Source of the DNA: Felis catus
Lineage: Eukaryota
DNA length: 64,000 nt
Direction: 5' to 3'
Assembly (NCBI RefSeq): GCF_018350175.1
Contig: NC_058368.1
Coordinates: 56,670,001 to 56,734,000, forward strand
The first letter of the stretch is position 1, and each line of letters opens with the position of its first letter. Of the stretch, positions 52,616-64,000 are shown piece after piece. The position numbers and the translations under genes were made by a program. The notes beneath the pieces are model-generated. The model was not told the origin of the DNA. It saw only the letters and a list, made by a program, of their open reading frames with translations, and did no database searches.

Positions 52616-53922
52616 ATTTCAGGCATAATAAAAATATATTTCCTGATATAAAAACTGACAAAAAAGACTTTGATGTAGAATAGAGAATAGGATTCCATGT
52701 GGTAGTAGCACATGAGGTAAATGAGAGAGAGAATAGTTTGAAGTGGGTTGTGACAAGAAACGAATTATAGCCACGAGTGCATTGTGAAGCCTTTTAAAAC
52801 TTGATCTGAGCAATTTTGAGTCACTGGAGGCTTTTAAACTGAATCGAGAGAGTCAGATGAAATTTGTGTTTTTATTCACCATGACTACAAAATAGTCTAA
52901 GGAACAAAAGCATTAACACTAGAAGCAAGAAGACATATTAAGATACTCTTGCAAAATTTCAGTTCCTGACCGAGATAGTAAGCCAAAAAGGAAAAAGGTA
53001 TTTGTACACGAAATCTAGAGGGTGTAGTAAATACTTGAGTACAGAAAGACAGTGAAGAACTATACTGGCATCAAGATTTCCAACTTGGTGTATTAGGACT
53101 TCAGTACTGTTGTCAATAGCCATGAGAAAGGACACCTCAAAGGGAACATAAGGTTTCCCTTCTTGGAAGAGGAAGTTTCTCCAGGTTATTTGTAGCCATG
53201 TGCCCAACCAAACATTCTAGTATTATTCAAGAACAGGAGAATGGAAATTGTTAGTGATTAACAGTCTTTTATACAGATATGCATTTTGGAACAACTTTAG
53301 AAGAGTATCAGAAAATTAATTGCAATGGTTATCTGTGAAGAAGAAGTGAGAACAGTGTACATGAGGGTAACATTGGTTGGAAAGTTTTCGTAATGTATCT
53401 TGTTATACATTTTGATTTGTGACCCATATGTATTACCTATTTATGATAAATAGGGTAATTAAAAATCTGTTCCCTAAAGGTTAATAAATAAAAGAAGAAA
53501 AAATTATGTTCCAGGCAGTCTCAGCTTTGGTAAGAAGCAAGGAGGGTCTTGTGTCCATGTTTGGGTTAGAGCATCACATAAGGAGTCCATGTCATGGAGC
53601 TCAGTGAGCTAATAATAGTTCCATCGTTTTTAATGACTTGGTAATAAGAAGGTATAACACAGAGTGCATTTGTTTTCTATTGTTGTATAACAAGTACAAC
53701 AAACAGCAGTTGAAAATAACCCAAATTTTTACCACATTTCCTTGTGTTAGAATTTTGGCATGCTTTATCTGGGTCCTCTGCTCAGAGTCTCATAATGCTA
53801 AACTCAAGAAGTTGCCTGGCTATATAATTATGGGCAGGTTCTCAGCTGGAAAGATCCATTCATAAGCTCACTGGGTTATTGGAAGAATTCAACTCCTTGC
53901 AGTTGTAGCACTGAAGTACTCA

Positions 53923-54133
53923 TTTTTTTAATGTTTTACTTATTTTTTGAGAGAGACAGAGACAAAATGCAAGTGGGTTGGGGCAGAGAGAGAGGGAGGC
54001 ACAGAATCTGAAGCAGGCTCCAGGCTCTGAGCTGTCAGCCCAGAGCCTGACACGGGGCTCAAACTCACAAGCTGTGAGATCATGACCTGAGCTGAAGTCG
54101 GACGCTCAACCAACTGAGCCACCCAGGTGCCCC
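53923..54133 (-). mobile_element. SINEC_Fc2-like SINE
   Basis: Reverse-complement SINE; degenerate TSD tgaagtactcatttt / tgcagcactcatttt. Confidence 0.96.
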
Positions 54134-54300
54134 TGCAGCACTCATTTTGTTGCTAACTCTCCACTCCTATGAATTGCTTTTAGGTCCTACTGGCATGGCC
54201 TCGTCCATCTCAGCAATGGAGAGCATGCATTGCATCAAATTTACTCATGATTTAAATGCCTCTGATGTCCCTTCTGCAAATCCTGGAGAAAATGCTGTGC

Positions 54301-54532
54301 TTTTTTTAAAAAAAATTATCTAATGTTTATTTTTACTTTTGAGAGAGACAGAGAGCGAGCAAGCGAGCATGAGCAGGGGAAGGGCAGAGAGAGGGAGACA
54401 CAGAATCTGAAACAGGCTCCAGATTCTATGCTGTCAGCACAGAGCCTGATGCAGGGCTCAAACTCAGGAACAGCGAGATCATGACCTGAGCTGAAATCAG
54501 ACACTTAACCTACTGAGCCACACAGGCGCCCT
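54301..54532 (-). mobile_element. SINEC_Fc2-like SINE
   Basis: Reverse-complement SINE; degenerate TSD gaaaatgctgtgc / gaaaattctatgc. Confidence 0.96.
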
Positions 54533-55392
54533 GAAAATTCTATGCTCTTAAAGAACCCTTGTGAATAGAATAGGTGCACTCTGATAATCTTTCTTGATTA
54601 AAGTCAATTTACAATATAGTGTAACCTAAACAAAGGAGTAATATCATTTTCCCAAGTTGCAGACATAATCAAAGGGAAGGGGATTATCTCTTTCAAATTT
54701 GAAAAAAATTTTGCCGGATAAAGAGTTATTATTGACAGTTTTCTTTCTGCACAATGCCTGCCGATTGACCTACATGGCTTTGATATGAGAAGTTAGCTGT
54801 CAGTCTTATTGTGGGTCCCTTGTGTGTGATGAATCACTTGTCTCTTGCTGCTTTCCAGATTCCCTCTTTGTCATTTTATAATCTGATTATGATGCGTCTC
54901 TTTGTGGATAAATGAGCTTTTCCTACTTAAGAGTTCTTTCAGCTTCTTGCATGTGTGCATTAATGTTTTTCATCGTATTTGAGGAGTTTTCAGCTACTTT
55001 CTCTTCAAATATTCTTTCTTCATATGTTAGCATGCTTGATAGTATTTCATAGGTCCCATAAGATCCGTTTTTTTTTTTTTTTTTTTTTTTTTTTAGACTG
55101 GGTAATCCTGATTGACCTATTTTCAAGTTCAATGGTTCTTCTGCCCTAATCTGTTTAAATGTACTATTGAACTCTAGTTATTTTTTTTTCCAAATTTTGG
55201 TTTTTATACTTTTCAACTCTAGAATTTGTATTTGTCTCCTTTTTATAATTTTTATCTTTTTATTGTGATTCTCTATTTGGTGAGACAAAATTAATTATTT
55301 ATAATTCATAACATATTGGTGAGACATGTATTCTATTACTTCTTAGGTAGGTTTTCATCAGCTATTTGGATATATTTAAAATGGCTGATTTA

Positions 55393-55605
55393 GGGGTGCT
55401 TGGGTGGCTCAGTAAGTTAAGCTTCTGACTCTTGATTTTGACTCAGGTCATTATCTCATGGTTCCTGAGACGGAGCCCACATGGGCTCTGAGATGACAGC
55501 AGTAGAGCCTGTTAGGGATTCTCTCTCTCCCTCTCTCTCTGTCTCTCCCCTACTGACACCTGCCCTCTATCTCTCAAAATAAATAAATAAACATTTAAAT
55601 AAAAT
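55393..55605 (+). mobile_element. Carnivore SINE
   Basis: TSD aaaat(g/a)gctgattta. Confidence 0.95.
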
Positions 55606-55635
55606 AAAATAGCTGATTTAAAGTATTTGAAAACA

Positions 55636-55842
55636 GGGGCTCCTGGGTGGCTAAGTTGCTTAAGTGTCCAACTTTGGCTCAGGTCATGATCTCATGGTTT
55701 GTGAGTTCAAGCCCTCAAGCTCTCTGCTGTCAGCATGGTGTTCCCTTTGGATCCTCTGTCCCCTTCTCTCTCTGCCCCTCCCCTTCTTGTGCTCTCTCAA
55801 AAATAAATAAATGTTAAAAAATTTAAAGTAAAAAATAAAATA
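55636..55842 (+). mobile_element. Carnivore SINE
   Basis: TSD taaagtat(t/c)tgaaaac. Confidence 0.95.
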
Positions 55843-57373
55843 TAAAGTATCTGAAAACTAAGCCCAACATCTGTGATTCCTCAGGATCAGTTTAGTTTCT
55901 TTTGACTTTTTCTGGTGTCTGGGCCATATTTCCTTATTTCTTTCATGTGTTGTAATTCTTTTGAGAAATGGTCATTTTGAAAATTATAATGTGGTGAAAT
56001 CAGATTATCTTACCTCTGTTGTAGTTATTTTATATGTTTAATGATTTTTCTGAACTAAATTTGTAAAAGTTTACATGTGGCTAAAGAAATCTTGCTTCCA
56101 TTTGCTTAGTGGCATTCTAATGATTGAGCAGGCCAAATACTTAAATACTTGGAACAAAAGAAATATCAGAGTGGCTCTGTGTGTGTTGGGAATGCCTTCA
56201 ACACACAGCCAGTCCACTTATAACTCTGCCTTATCCTTCAATTCCTGCTTTCATATAGCTTCAAAGTTAGCAAGAGGTAAGGGAGTAGGGCTTCCTCAAG
56301 ACTGTCTTGAGGATGCACACAATCCTAGACATGTACATGGCCTTATACATTCCCAAAATGTGTCAGAGCTTTCAAAGCCCTTATTCCCTGAATAAGATGT
56401 GCTTATTCTGCTGTTAACTTGAAATTTGATCCATTGCCTCAAAGGAAACTGATTAAAACATTTGTCTATATGTGTTTCTTCATACTTGCCCTAAGTTTCA
56501 GCTTTCACATTGGGCTTGTTCAATTTAGTCAAAATAAAGGGAATCCTTTTGAGCCAGTCTTTCAAGGAAGCACCAAACAAAATAAATAATTACAGTTCTT
56601 TGAAAATGAGATCCATTATGTTCCTTCTGGTGCTGTTACTGGAAACGCAGGCAGAATTTCCAAGGTCACCACTGAACTGAAGAGCAAGGAATGGGCTATG
56701 TTAAGTTAAAATTCCACAAAACACTGTTTTTTTCCCCAAGGTTCAACTGTTTTTTTCCTAAACGATTGTTCATATGGTTACTGTACACTATTGGTTGGTT
56801 TCTAGAGTTCCAAAAAGTTTGATGCCTATACTTTTTTTTACTAGTTTTTTTTTTTTTTCCATTGCTTTCATAAAGAGGTAGATGTTTGGAATTTTTTACC
56901 CCACTATTTTCAGTGATGTCATATTAATGTAAGTGTCATCTCAACTTTATAGATAATAAATCTAGATCAGGTTATAGTGATACAGCCTGCCAAATAAACA
57001 CGAACATTAGACATTCCTTTTTCTTACCTGCAGCCCACACCCTCATTAGATGAAACTTCCAGGTTTGCTTTATTATGCCTATGTATTTTTTTTTAATTTG
57101 AGACCCTATAAATAATAGTCTTTAAATTTTAGAATGAGACAGTGTTCAGTATGAATGCATTCTTCATTTTTAGTTTTCATAGCTATAAATACTGGAAACC
57201 CTTGCTGAAAGAATTAAGGCTCTAAGAATGAAAGATACGTTCTTATAACAATACCACTTATTCGTTTGAACATTTTTCAAGCCCTGGGAAAAATTATGTA
57301 GTGAATGATGAGTTTTAAAAATTAGGTATCATTTTACAATTGGATATCCTCCTCTAGCATTTTTGAAAGCAAA

Positions 57374-57423
57374 AAGAAGAAGAAGAAGAAGAAGAAGAAG
57401 AAGAAGAAGAAGAAGAAGAAGAA
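57374..57423. repeat. (GAA)n trinucleotide repeat, ~16 units
   Basis: Direct observation. Confidence 0.95.
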
Positions 57424-58477
57424 AGCAAGCAAGTGAGCTGGAAAACACAAGAAATTGAAATAGATGTGTTTATCCTATCAATTAGTACTGTAACATTTTA
57501 AACATGACACATATTCTTGTTTTACCATTCACCAAGTACAATGCACATCAGTGAGATTCAGAATAGTTGAGAATTTTGTCTTGTAAAATAGGAGATGCTT
57601 ATTTGTACAAGGAGAGGTGAGGAATGAGCCACCATAAAGTCTTAAATACTTATCTATTATTTGGCATACAGATTTTGAGATATAATGTGTAATATATAAT
57701 ATATGCACAAATTGAGGATTTGGAAATTGATTTACTTTAAATCTTTCTGTCTATGGGTTACTTGGAAAATCTTCATATACACTCAAATTAATAATGACTG
57801 CTGCTTATTTGTCATCTGCAAATTGCCCATGAGTAGTAAGACAAATGCTGGATACATTTTAGAAGTAAAGACAAAGCGTTAACTCTGTTAAATCTAGAGA
57901 GACTAAGTAAAAGCTATACACAATAAGAATGGTGTCATAGTATTAAGGTTTCATTTCCAAACAGGGAAGAATCATCCCTGAGAAGCTGCCAAGTGAAATT
58001 AGTTTCAATAATACTGTTTCTCAACTAGCCAGACTAACTCTTGTTTGCTATCAGAAATGTTTTTACTTTCTTTATTCAAATTCAAAATTCAACTTGAAAG
58101 TGTGATGCCAGACTTTAACATGTAATTTGGTGATGTCACTATTTTATCATTGAAAAATATACTGCTTTATTGATTTATATTTTAATTTTAAACTTCTGAA
58201 AATATTCGCATGCTCTTGGCAGGGCATTAATGGGTAAGGAAAAGAACTTATCACATCCTCTGTAGTAATCATTAGATTGAAAAATGTAACAATATGATCT
58301 TTATAGGAAGATAAAATTGGAACTCCAGTATATGAAGAGAATATTCATAACTGAGAATATTTTTTATTCAAATAACATCTTTGATACCTTCTTTTGAGTA
58401 AAAGAGAGTTTATGGTTATTCACGAGAAAGGATTTCAAGGTTAAAGTTGCAATTGAAGGTGGCAGAGATTATCATAC

Positions 58478-58916
58478 TATTGTGGGTTGAATTGTGTCTC
58501 CCAGAAAGACATGTTGAATTCCTAAACGCTGGTACCTGTGAATATGATCTTATTTTGAAACAAGGACTTTGCAGAGTGAATAAAGTTACGGTGCTCTTAT
58601 CCTGCATTAGTGTGGGCCCTAATTCCAATGGATACTGTATTTAAAAGGAAAGACACACAAAACAGAAGGCCATGTGAGGACAGGAGCAGAGATGGGATTT
58701 ATGCTGGCACAAACCAAGGAATGCCAAGAATTACTAGCACCCACCATAAACTAGAAGAGGCAAGGAAGGATTTTATCTAGTGTTGTGGATTGAGCATAGT
58801 CTTTCTGACAATTTGATTTCTGACTTCTGGCCTCCAGAACTGTGAAAGAATAAATTTCTGTTTTGTAAGTCACCAAATTGGTGGTAATTCCTCTGTCAGC
58901 TCCAGAAAGTTATACA
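58478..58916 (+). mobile_element. MaLR LTR, MLT1C-like
   Basis: 'gggttgaattgtgtctcccagaaagacatgttgaa...ggtacctgtgaat', 'ccaaggaatgccaag', 'tggcctccagaactgtgaaagaataaatttctg', terminal 'taca'. Confidence 0.9.
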
Positions 58917-61529
58917 TTGACTATTTATTAAATCTGCATCCTTTTATTCTTGGGCTTGCTGTTGGACTAAATTTCTCAGACTGTCTTGTTTTAGCCACAG
59001 GACTGAATTATAACCAATGAAACATGACAGGAATAATAAATGTCACTAGCTGATCAAACAAATGTTTATATAGTCAGTTTTTCCAGGTCTGTGCTGTTCT
59101 ATTTTGTTAGGCTTCCAGGAAATTTTTGTTAGATGCTTATTGGAAATGGGTGATCCTTTATCAGTTTAGGTCCCTCACGGTTCCAATGACCATAGTTTCT
59201 TTAACCCACTAAGCAAACCAACTACATTAAACTTAGCAGCTGTTTTGCTATGATGCTGAAACCTTGGTGTTTTTATGCTGAATAATCCACTGGAGATTTG
59301 TTTACAATGTGGTTGTTTTGTAAAAAAGGAAGATATTCCAAAATATTTTCAGCATTAGTTACCATTGAAATCTGTTTTGTAGATTATTCCTTCACACTTC
59401 TCTGTAGTATTCCATTTGATATATTAAAAAATGACTTTGACCTCTACAAAAATGTATATAAAATATAACTTAATAGGTAATAATCCTTATTTTGAAAGGC
59501 AAAACAAATATTTTTTTAGAAAAGAGAAGTTATTGAGATAAAAATCATTTGAGAGAAAGCAGCAAATAATAAAGATGATAAACAACTGTTTCTGGTTAAT
59601 AAGTAGCATACATATGATAGGATTCCATGAAGAAAAATAAAACAGAATGCAACTCCCTGAAAACTTTGAAAGTACTATTGAAATAGTATACCACGTTCCT
59701 GAGAATATTGGTTCATAAATGCTAATAGTTCAATAGTTGAAAGAAAAATATATCTCTTGGGCATCTAGGAAGAACATGTGATTATAAAATAAAGGCAAAA
59801 ATTATATAATCATCAAAACTTTCAAGTAAAAGAGTGCAAGCTTTGACTGCGAGTTCTTCCTGAGGAATTTACCAGGAAATACAATTCAAATAAACAAAAG
59901 ATACTAGAGAGACTTTGACACAGAATCTGTGACTTCTGACTAAGTGATCATTAAAGACGAGGAAAAAAAATAGCAATTATGGAATGATATAATTTTATCA
60001 TCTCCTATATCCTTCATAATCAGCAATGCTGGTGTGAAAGAGAGACACATGTAATAGGAATGAGTTTTTGTAAAACTCATTAAAGACTGTTGTCTTTAAT
60101 TTGGATTGGAATTACCCATATGAACTCGTGAAAGTTGTCTTGAAAAGGCCTGGAGGCAATTACTCATCCAGGAGCAATGAGCATCTGAACACCCAGACTA
60201 TAGTCTTGAAATGCTTTTTCTCACTAGAAGATACCAGAAATTGTAGAGATAGCTGATCCTGAGTATACCTTCCAGGGAAGCAAATATACAAGATGATACA
60301 GTAAAACCCAGAGTTTGGAGAATACTACAGTTCAAATGGACCAAATTCATGCAATGTATTTTTTATAATAAAAAAAAAAATCACAAAGATGAATAAATAA
60401 TCCATTTTGTACCAAAGGTGTTTGTCTTCTGAAATATCTGAAATATGTATTAAATACAATTTATCTCTGTAAGCATAGAATTGTAGACAATTGTCATTCC
60501 CCAAGCATTACTTGAATTGCATTTTGTATTTTTCCCTGTAAGTTGAAAAATAAAAATGCTGTTATAATGTATATTAACAATAACAAAAGCAACAAGAAAA
60601 CATCTTTCTTCCAAAAATTTTTAGGGTTGTAGCCAGTTATGGAATCTGTATGCATATGATCCAAAAAATGCTTAGAGATTCAAACTGATCAATTAAATTA
60701 GTGAAAGTCACTTAGTGTTAAATTCAGTCTGTCAGCATGTGGTAGATCCGCTGAATTAAACCAAATTTTCCACCCAAACAGGTTAATTAGTGCTCATTAG
60801 CAAACTCATTCATTTTGCTGTTCTTTGCCAGGCTGTATGACTCTTATGAATATTAGACAGATGTTATCTTCTAGCACTGCTGGAAACTCCCTACAGAAGA
60901 GTCTCATCTTATTCCCTTTTCAAAGGCCTTTTGTTCCTAACAAATGTATCTCCTGCCACCTTTGGGATGATTCCCTGGCTACAATTTTTAAACTATTTAA
61001 AACAACAAAGATGTTATAATAATTACAGCAAGTAATTGCAGATTAATTTGCATTTTATAAACCACTTTCTTTTCCATTGTCACCTTTGTTATTCTCAACT
61101 ATCCTTTTAAATGATTTATTGTTAAGTTTGAGAAGCATTATTATTCATCCGAGGTCATACAGTTAGAAGATGATGAGTGCTGTAGCTTTAACTCAGGACT
61201 TCTGAACGAAATTATGTACCATTTACATAGGCATACATATGCACCCCTGGGCACATACACATTTAAACCCCAGTGTTCTGAATAAAACTCTGCATTACTT
61301 TTGCAAAGCCCTACAACATAGTCAATTTCAGTGTATAGCTGTGATTCAAGTTGGCCAGTAATAAGTACCAGGTAGTGTTCAAGGTTCTGTAGAGATGGTC
61401 AAATTACAACATTTCTACTTTTATGTAGTGCATAGCCCTGGCATGAAAAAGTAAGATTTTACTTATTATTCACATTACTAAATATAGATTTTCTTTTGCC
61501 TCCTTAAGCCATGTTATTAAACACACACA

Positions 61530-61755
61530 GTGCAGTAAAGAGGTCTGAACAGAAGGACTAGAATCCAAAAAAGCCAGGCTTTCACTTTTCTTTAGTGAGA
61601 GTATGATTTGAGTAAGTTATTTAAATTTCTGGCCCTTATTTTCTGTATCACCAAAGTGGATTATTTTAGCACCAAATTGGAATGATGCATAAAAATATAA
61701 AGCACTTAGTATAGTGCTTCCTCCAGGTAGGTGTTCAATAAGTGTTTGTTACTAA
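61530..61755 (+). mobile_element. MIR relic
   Basis: 'atgatttgagtaagttatttaaatttctgg', 'aagcacttagtatagtgc...gtaggtgttcaataagtg'. Confidence 0.6.
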
Positions 61756-63054
61756 GTTATTATCTCAATTGAGAGATCAAATTTAAGTGCTGATTCAGCA
61801 TTTTCTTGATGTCATTTAAGGTATAATGTTCGGAGGATAACTCAGTGACCCACAGAAAGTTCAGTGCAATAACTAGAAGCATCCAGAAAAACAATAAAAG
61901 ATCCACTCTAAGAGTGAGCATTAATTAAAAAGTGAATTTTCCCATGTGATATTGAAAGTAAAGGCCAGGGCAGGTTCGATATTGCTGTTTCTATACTCTT
62001 TGTTCATATCCTGACATCTATTTGCCATCTGTTGATGCGAATTAGTATACTCAACTGGCTGGTGAAAACTTTTATATACAGTTAATATAAACTTTTCCCT
62101 AGATGAATGATTAAGGTCAAATAGAATTTACATAGAATTTAAAAATATTAATTGGTAAGTGGATACTTAATACAGAATAAAAAATAATCTATGTTATTTA
62201 ATACAGTGTCATTAAAATACAATATTAAGAATAATATAATCATAAAAGGTGTCTGTGGAAAATATCTTAACAGGCTTTATGAGAAAGGAAATGGCATATA
62301 ACAAAACTAACAAACTTCTATGAAACAAATGAGAAAAAGTGAGCAAATTGAAATATAAACTTTCCTTGATTGTAAAGAATCAAAAGTATAAAAATGCCAA
62401 TTACTTCCACACTGGGAAGTGCCTCAAAATCCACCTATGGTGGGCAGTTTTACAGTATGTAGTATTTACAATGCATTCTAAATTTTAGGAATTTAGCTGA
62501 AGAAGCTAATTGAGTCTGGAAGTAAATGTGCATATAAAAAGTATATTAATCAGAACAGTTTATAATAAGTAAATAGATAAAAACATTTATTAGCTATTGT
62601 TACAAGGTAAAATCATCCTATTGTAAATGGTTTTTCATAGTATGTCATACTTTGGAAAAAATATTTATCTGTATTGCACATATAGATGATTGGATATCTG
62701 TCTTCCTAGCTACTTATATATGTATATGTAGATATATAAATATATGTTTCTAGATATCAAAAAAATTAACTTCTTTCTGAGTATGGACACATAAGTTATT
62801 TTAAAAATATTTTATTGTAATCTTCTAATCATTTACCATCGTTACGTATTATTTCCGTAGTTTCTATGTTCTCTTTGCATAGAAGCTTAATTATGCCATC
62901 GAATCCTCTTTTCCATTCCACACAATACCCAACACCCATACCCACTTACTTCTTTGTATAATACCTTCTTCATGTGAAAGAACTGACAAAGTATGTGGAT
63001 CCATTTTGGTACCAGATGCTCTTGCATTTCATCAGAATGCAGGTATCCATGACA

Positions 63055-63170
63055 ACTGATGCTTTATGAGGGCAGGGATTTTAACTGTTTTGATCACCAT
63101 TATATCATTGCTGGTAAGAGGAGTGCCTGACACCATGTATATATTCAGCAAATGTTTCAACTTAATTAAG
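63055..63170 (+). mobile_element. L2 3'-end relic
   Basis: 'tgagggcagggatttt..ctgttttgatcacc', 'agtgcctgacacc...attcagcaaatgttt'. Confidence 0.7.
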
Positions 63171-63781
63171 CAATTACCAGAATTTACAAATACATGTTTT
63201 GTTCTGCCTTGAAAGCAGAACTATTCATTATTTTTTAAACTCTAGTTAAGAATTAAAAATGAATAACTCATGGCTATCTTAAATATTTTGAGTGAATAAA
63301 TGTCCATCTGTTTAAAGATATAATTCTAGACTTAGAGTAGTAAGCCTAAATAAAAAGTGACTAAGCCTAAGGTTTTTAAACAATTGCCAGTTCTTAAAAG
63401 GGTTGCTGGCCCAAAGAAAACAGTGGGATATAACACACCCCATTAATGAAAATGCCCTAAAAGAGTTGAGTCTTGTTTGAGTGTAAGAGGAGAATCATGC
63501 CTCACAGGAAGGTGGTATAGAAGCTCTAGAAATGGAATGCATGTGTACTTAAACATTTCCCACATTCCCATTATTTCTGGTATTACTCGTGTCTTTGGGT
63601 AATCCTATGCCTCTGAAAACGATTGGCCATCAATACCAATCGATACCAATTGATAATCTGGAAATAGGTTTAAAGAAACAATATGAACATATCTTTAATG
63701 TTGAAATAAGGTTGCAATAAATGATGTTACAACTCTAGGCCTTGATCCTATTTGGGGGTGTTGAATATACCTCTTTTCTAG

Positions 63782-63785
<4 letters not shown>

Positions 63786-63819
<34 letters not shown>
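63786..63819. repeat. (TG)n microsatellite
   Basis: Direct observation. Confidence 0.95.
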
Positions 63820-63820
<1 letters not shown>

Positions 63821-64000
63821 ATGTGTTTGATGATTTTTCTGTATGCATATTTGTAACGATACCTCCATAGGATGTGTGAAAAATACCGACCGTGCATTCT
63901 TATTTCAAGTACCATTTACTGTAGTCCTCCAAAATTTCCCCTAAGATCTCAGTTATTAACAGCTCCAACTGTATTTATTTTGAATAAAGGTATTATAAAG

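Larger units (their letters stand above)
53666..54688 (-). mobile_element. MaLR LTR (MLT1D/E-like) with two SINE insertions
   Basis: 'ttttctattgttgtataacaag', 'ctgggtcctctgctcagagtctca', 'ggaagaattcaactccttgcagttgtag', 'aaagggaaggggattat'. Confidence 0.8.
54690..56925 (-). mobile_element. Ancient L1M 5' region (ORF1 remnant and upstream), with two SINE insertions
   Basis: Minus-strand ORF 54923-55132 contains 'IFEEKVAENSSNTMKNINAHMQEAERT', resembling the L1 ORF1p motif IFEEIMAENFPNL...IQEAQRTP; right boundary approximate. Confidence 0.75.

Noticed and set aside
1..64000. Protein-coding genes from the ORF track
   Set aside because: All ORFs are short (134 aa or less). Most overlap SINEs, L1s or microsatellites (SLSL, YIYI, RERE, PSPP peptides) and the rest resemble no protein I recognise. 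I could not assemble an exon chain.
1..64000. Prokaryote-type systems (CRISPR array, operon, defence island)
   Set aside because: The sequence is mammalian; the recurring ~200-bp repeats are dispersed SINEs with TSDs, not regularly spaced repeat-spacer units.

Overview
This is AT-rich, repeat-dense mammalian genomic DNA from a felid (cat family), identified by about 30 tRNA-derived carnivore SINEs, four of them near-pristine SINEC_Fc-type copies with perfect target-site duplications (TSDs). I found no credible protein-coding exon, RNA gene or CpG island, so the window looks intergenic or deep intronic. The listed ORFs are explained by SINE, L1 or ERV remnants, by microsatellites, or look like chance ORFs. 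Other content: old and carnivore-specific L1 fragments, a 3'-truncated ERV1-class provirus remnant (one LTR plus decayed gag matrix, ~5.7-10.8 kb, minus strand), solo LTRs and MaLRs, two Tigger-family DNA transposons (MER44-like, Tigger2a-like), MIR/L2 relics and many STRs. I see no evidence of a new biological system. The most notable structures are a recent 70-bp inverted duplication bracketed by (TA)n tracts at ~49.8-50.2 kb, a hairpin plus tandem duplication at an LTR junction (~23.65 kb), young inverted SINE pairs, and a few repeat-free blocks with POU/SOX motifs that may be enhancers. Repeat subfamily names come from recognition by eye and boundaries are approximate unless a TSD is quoted.
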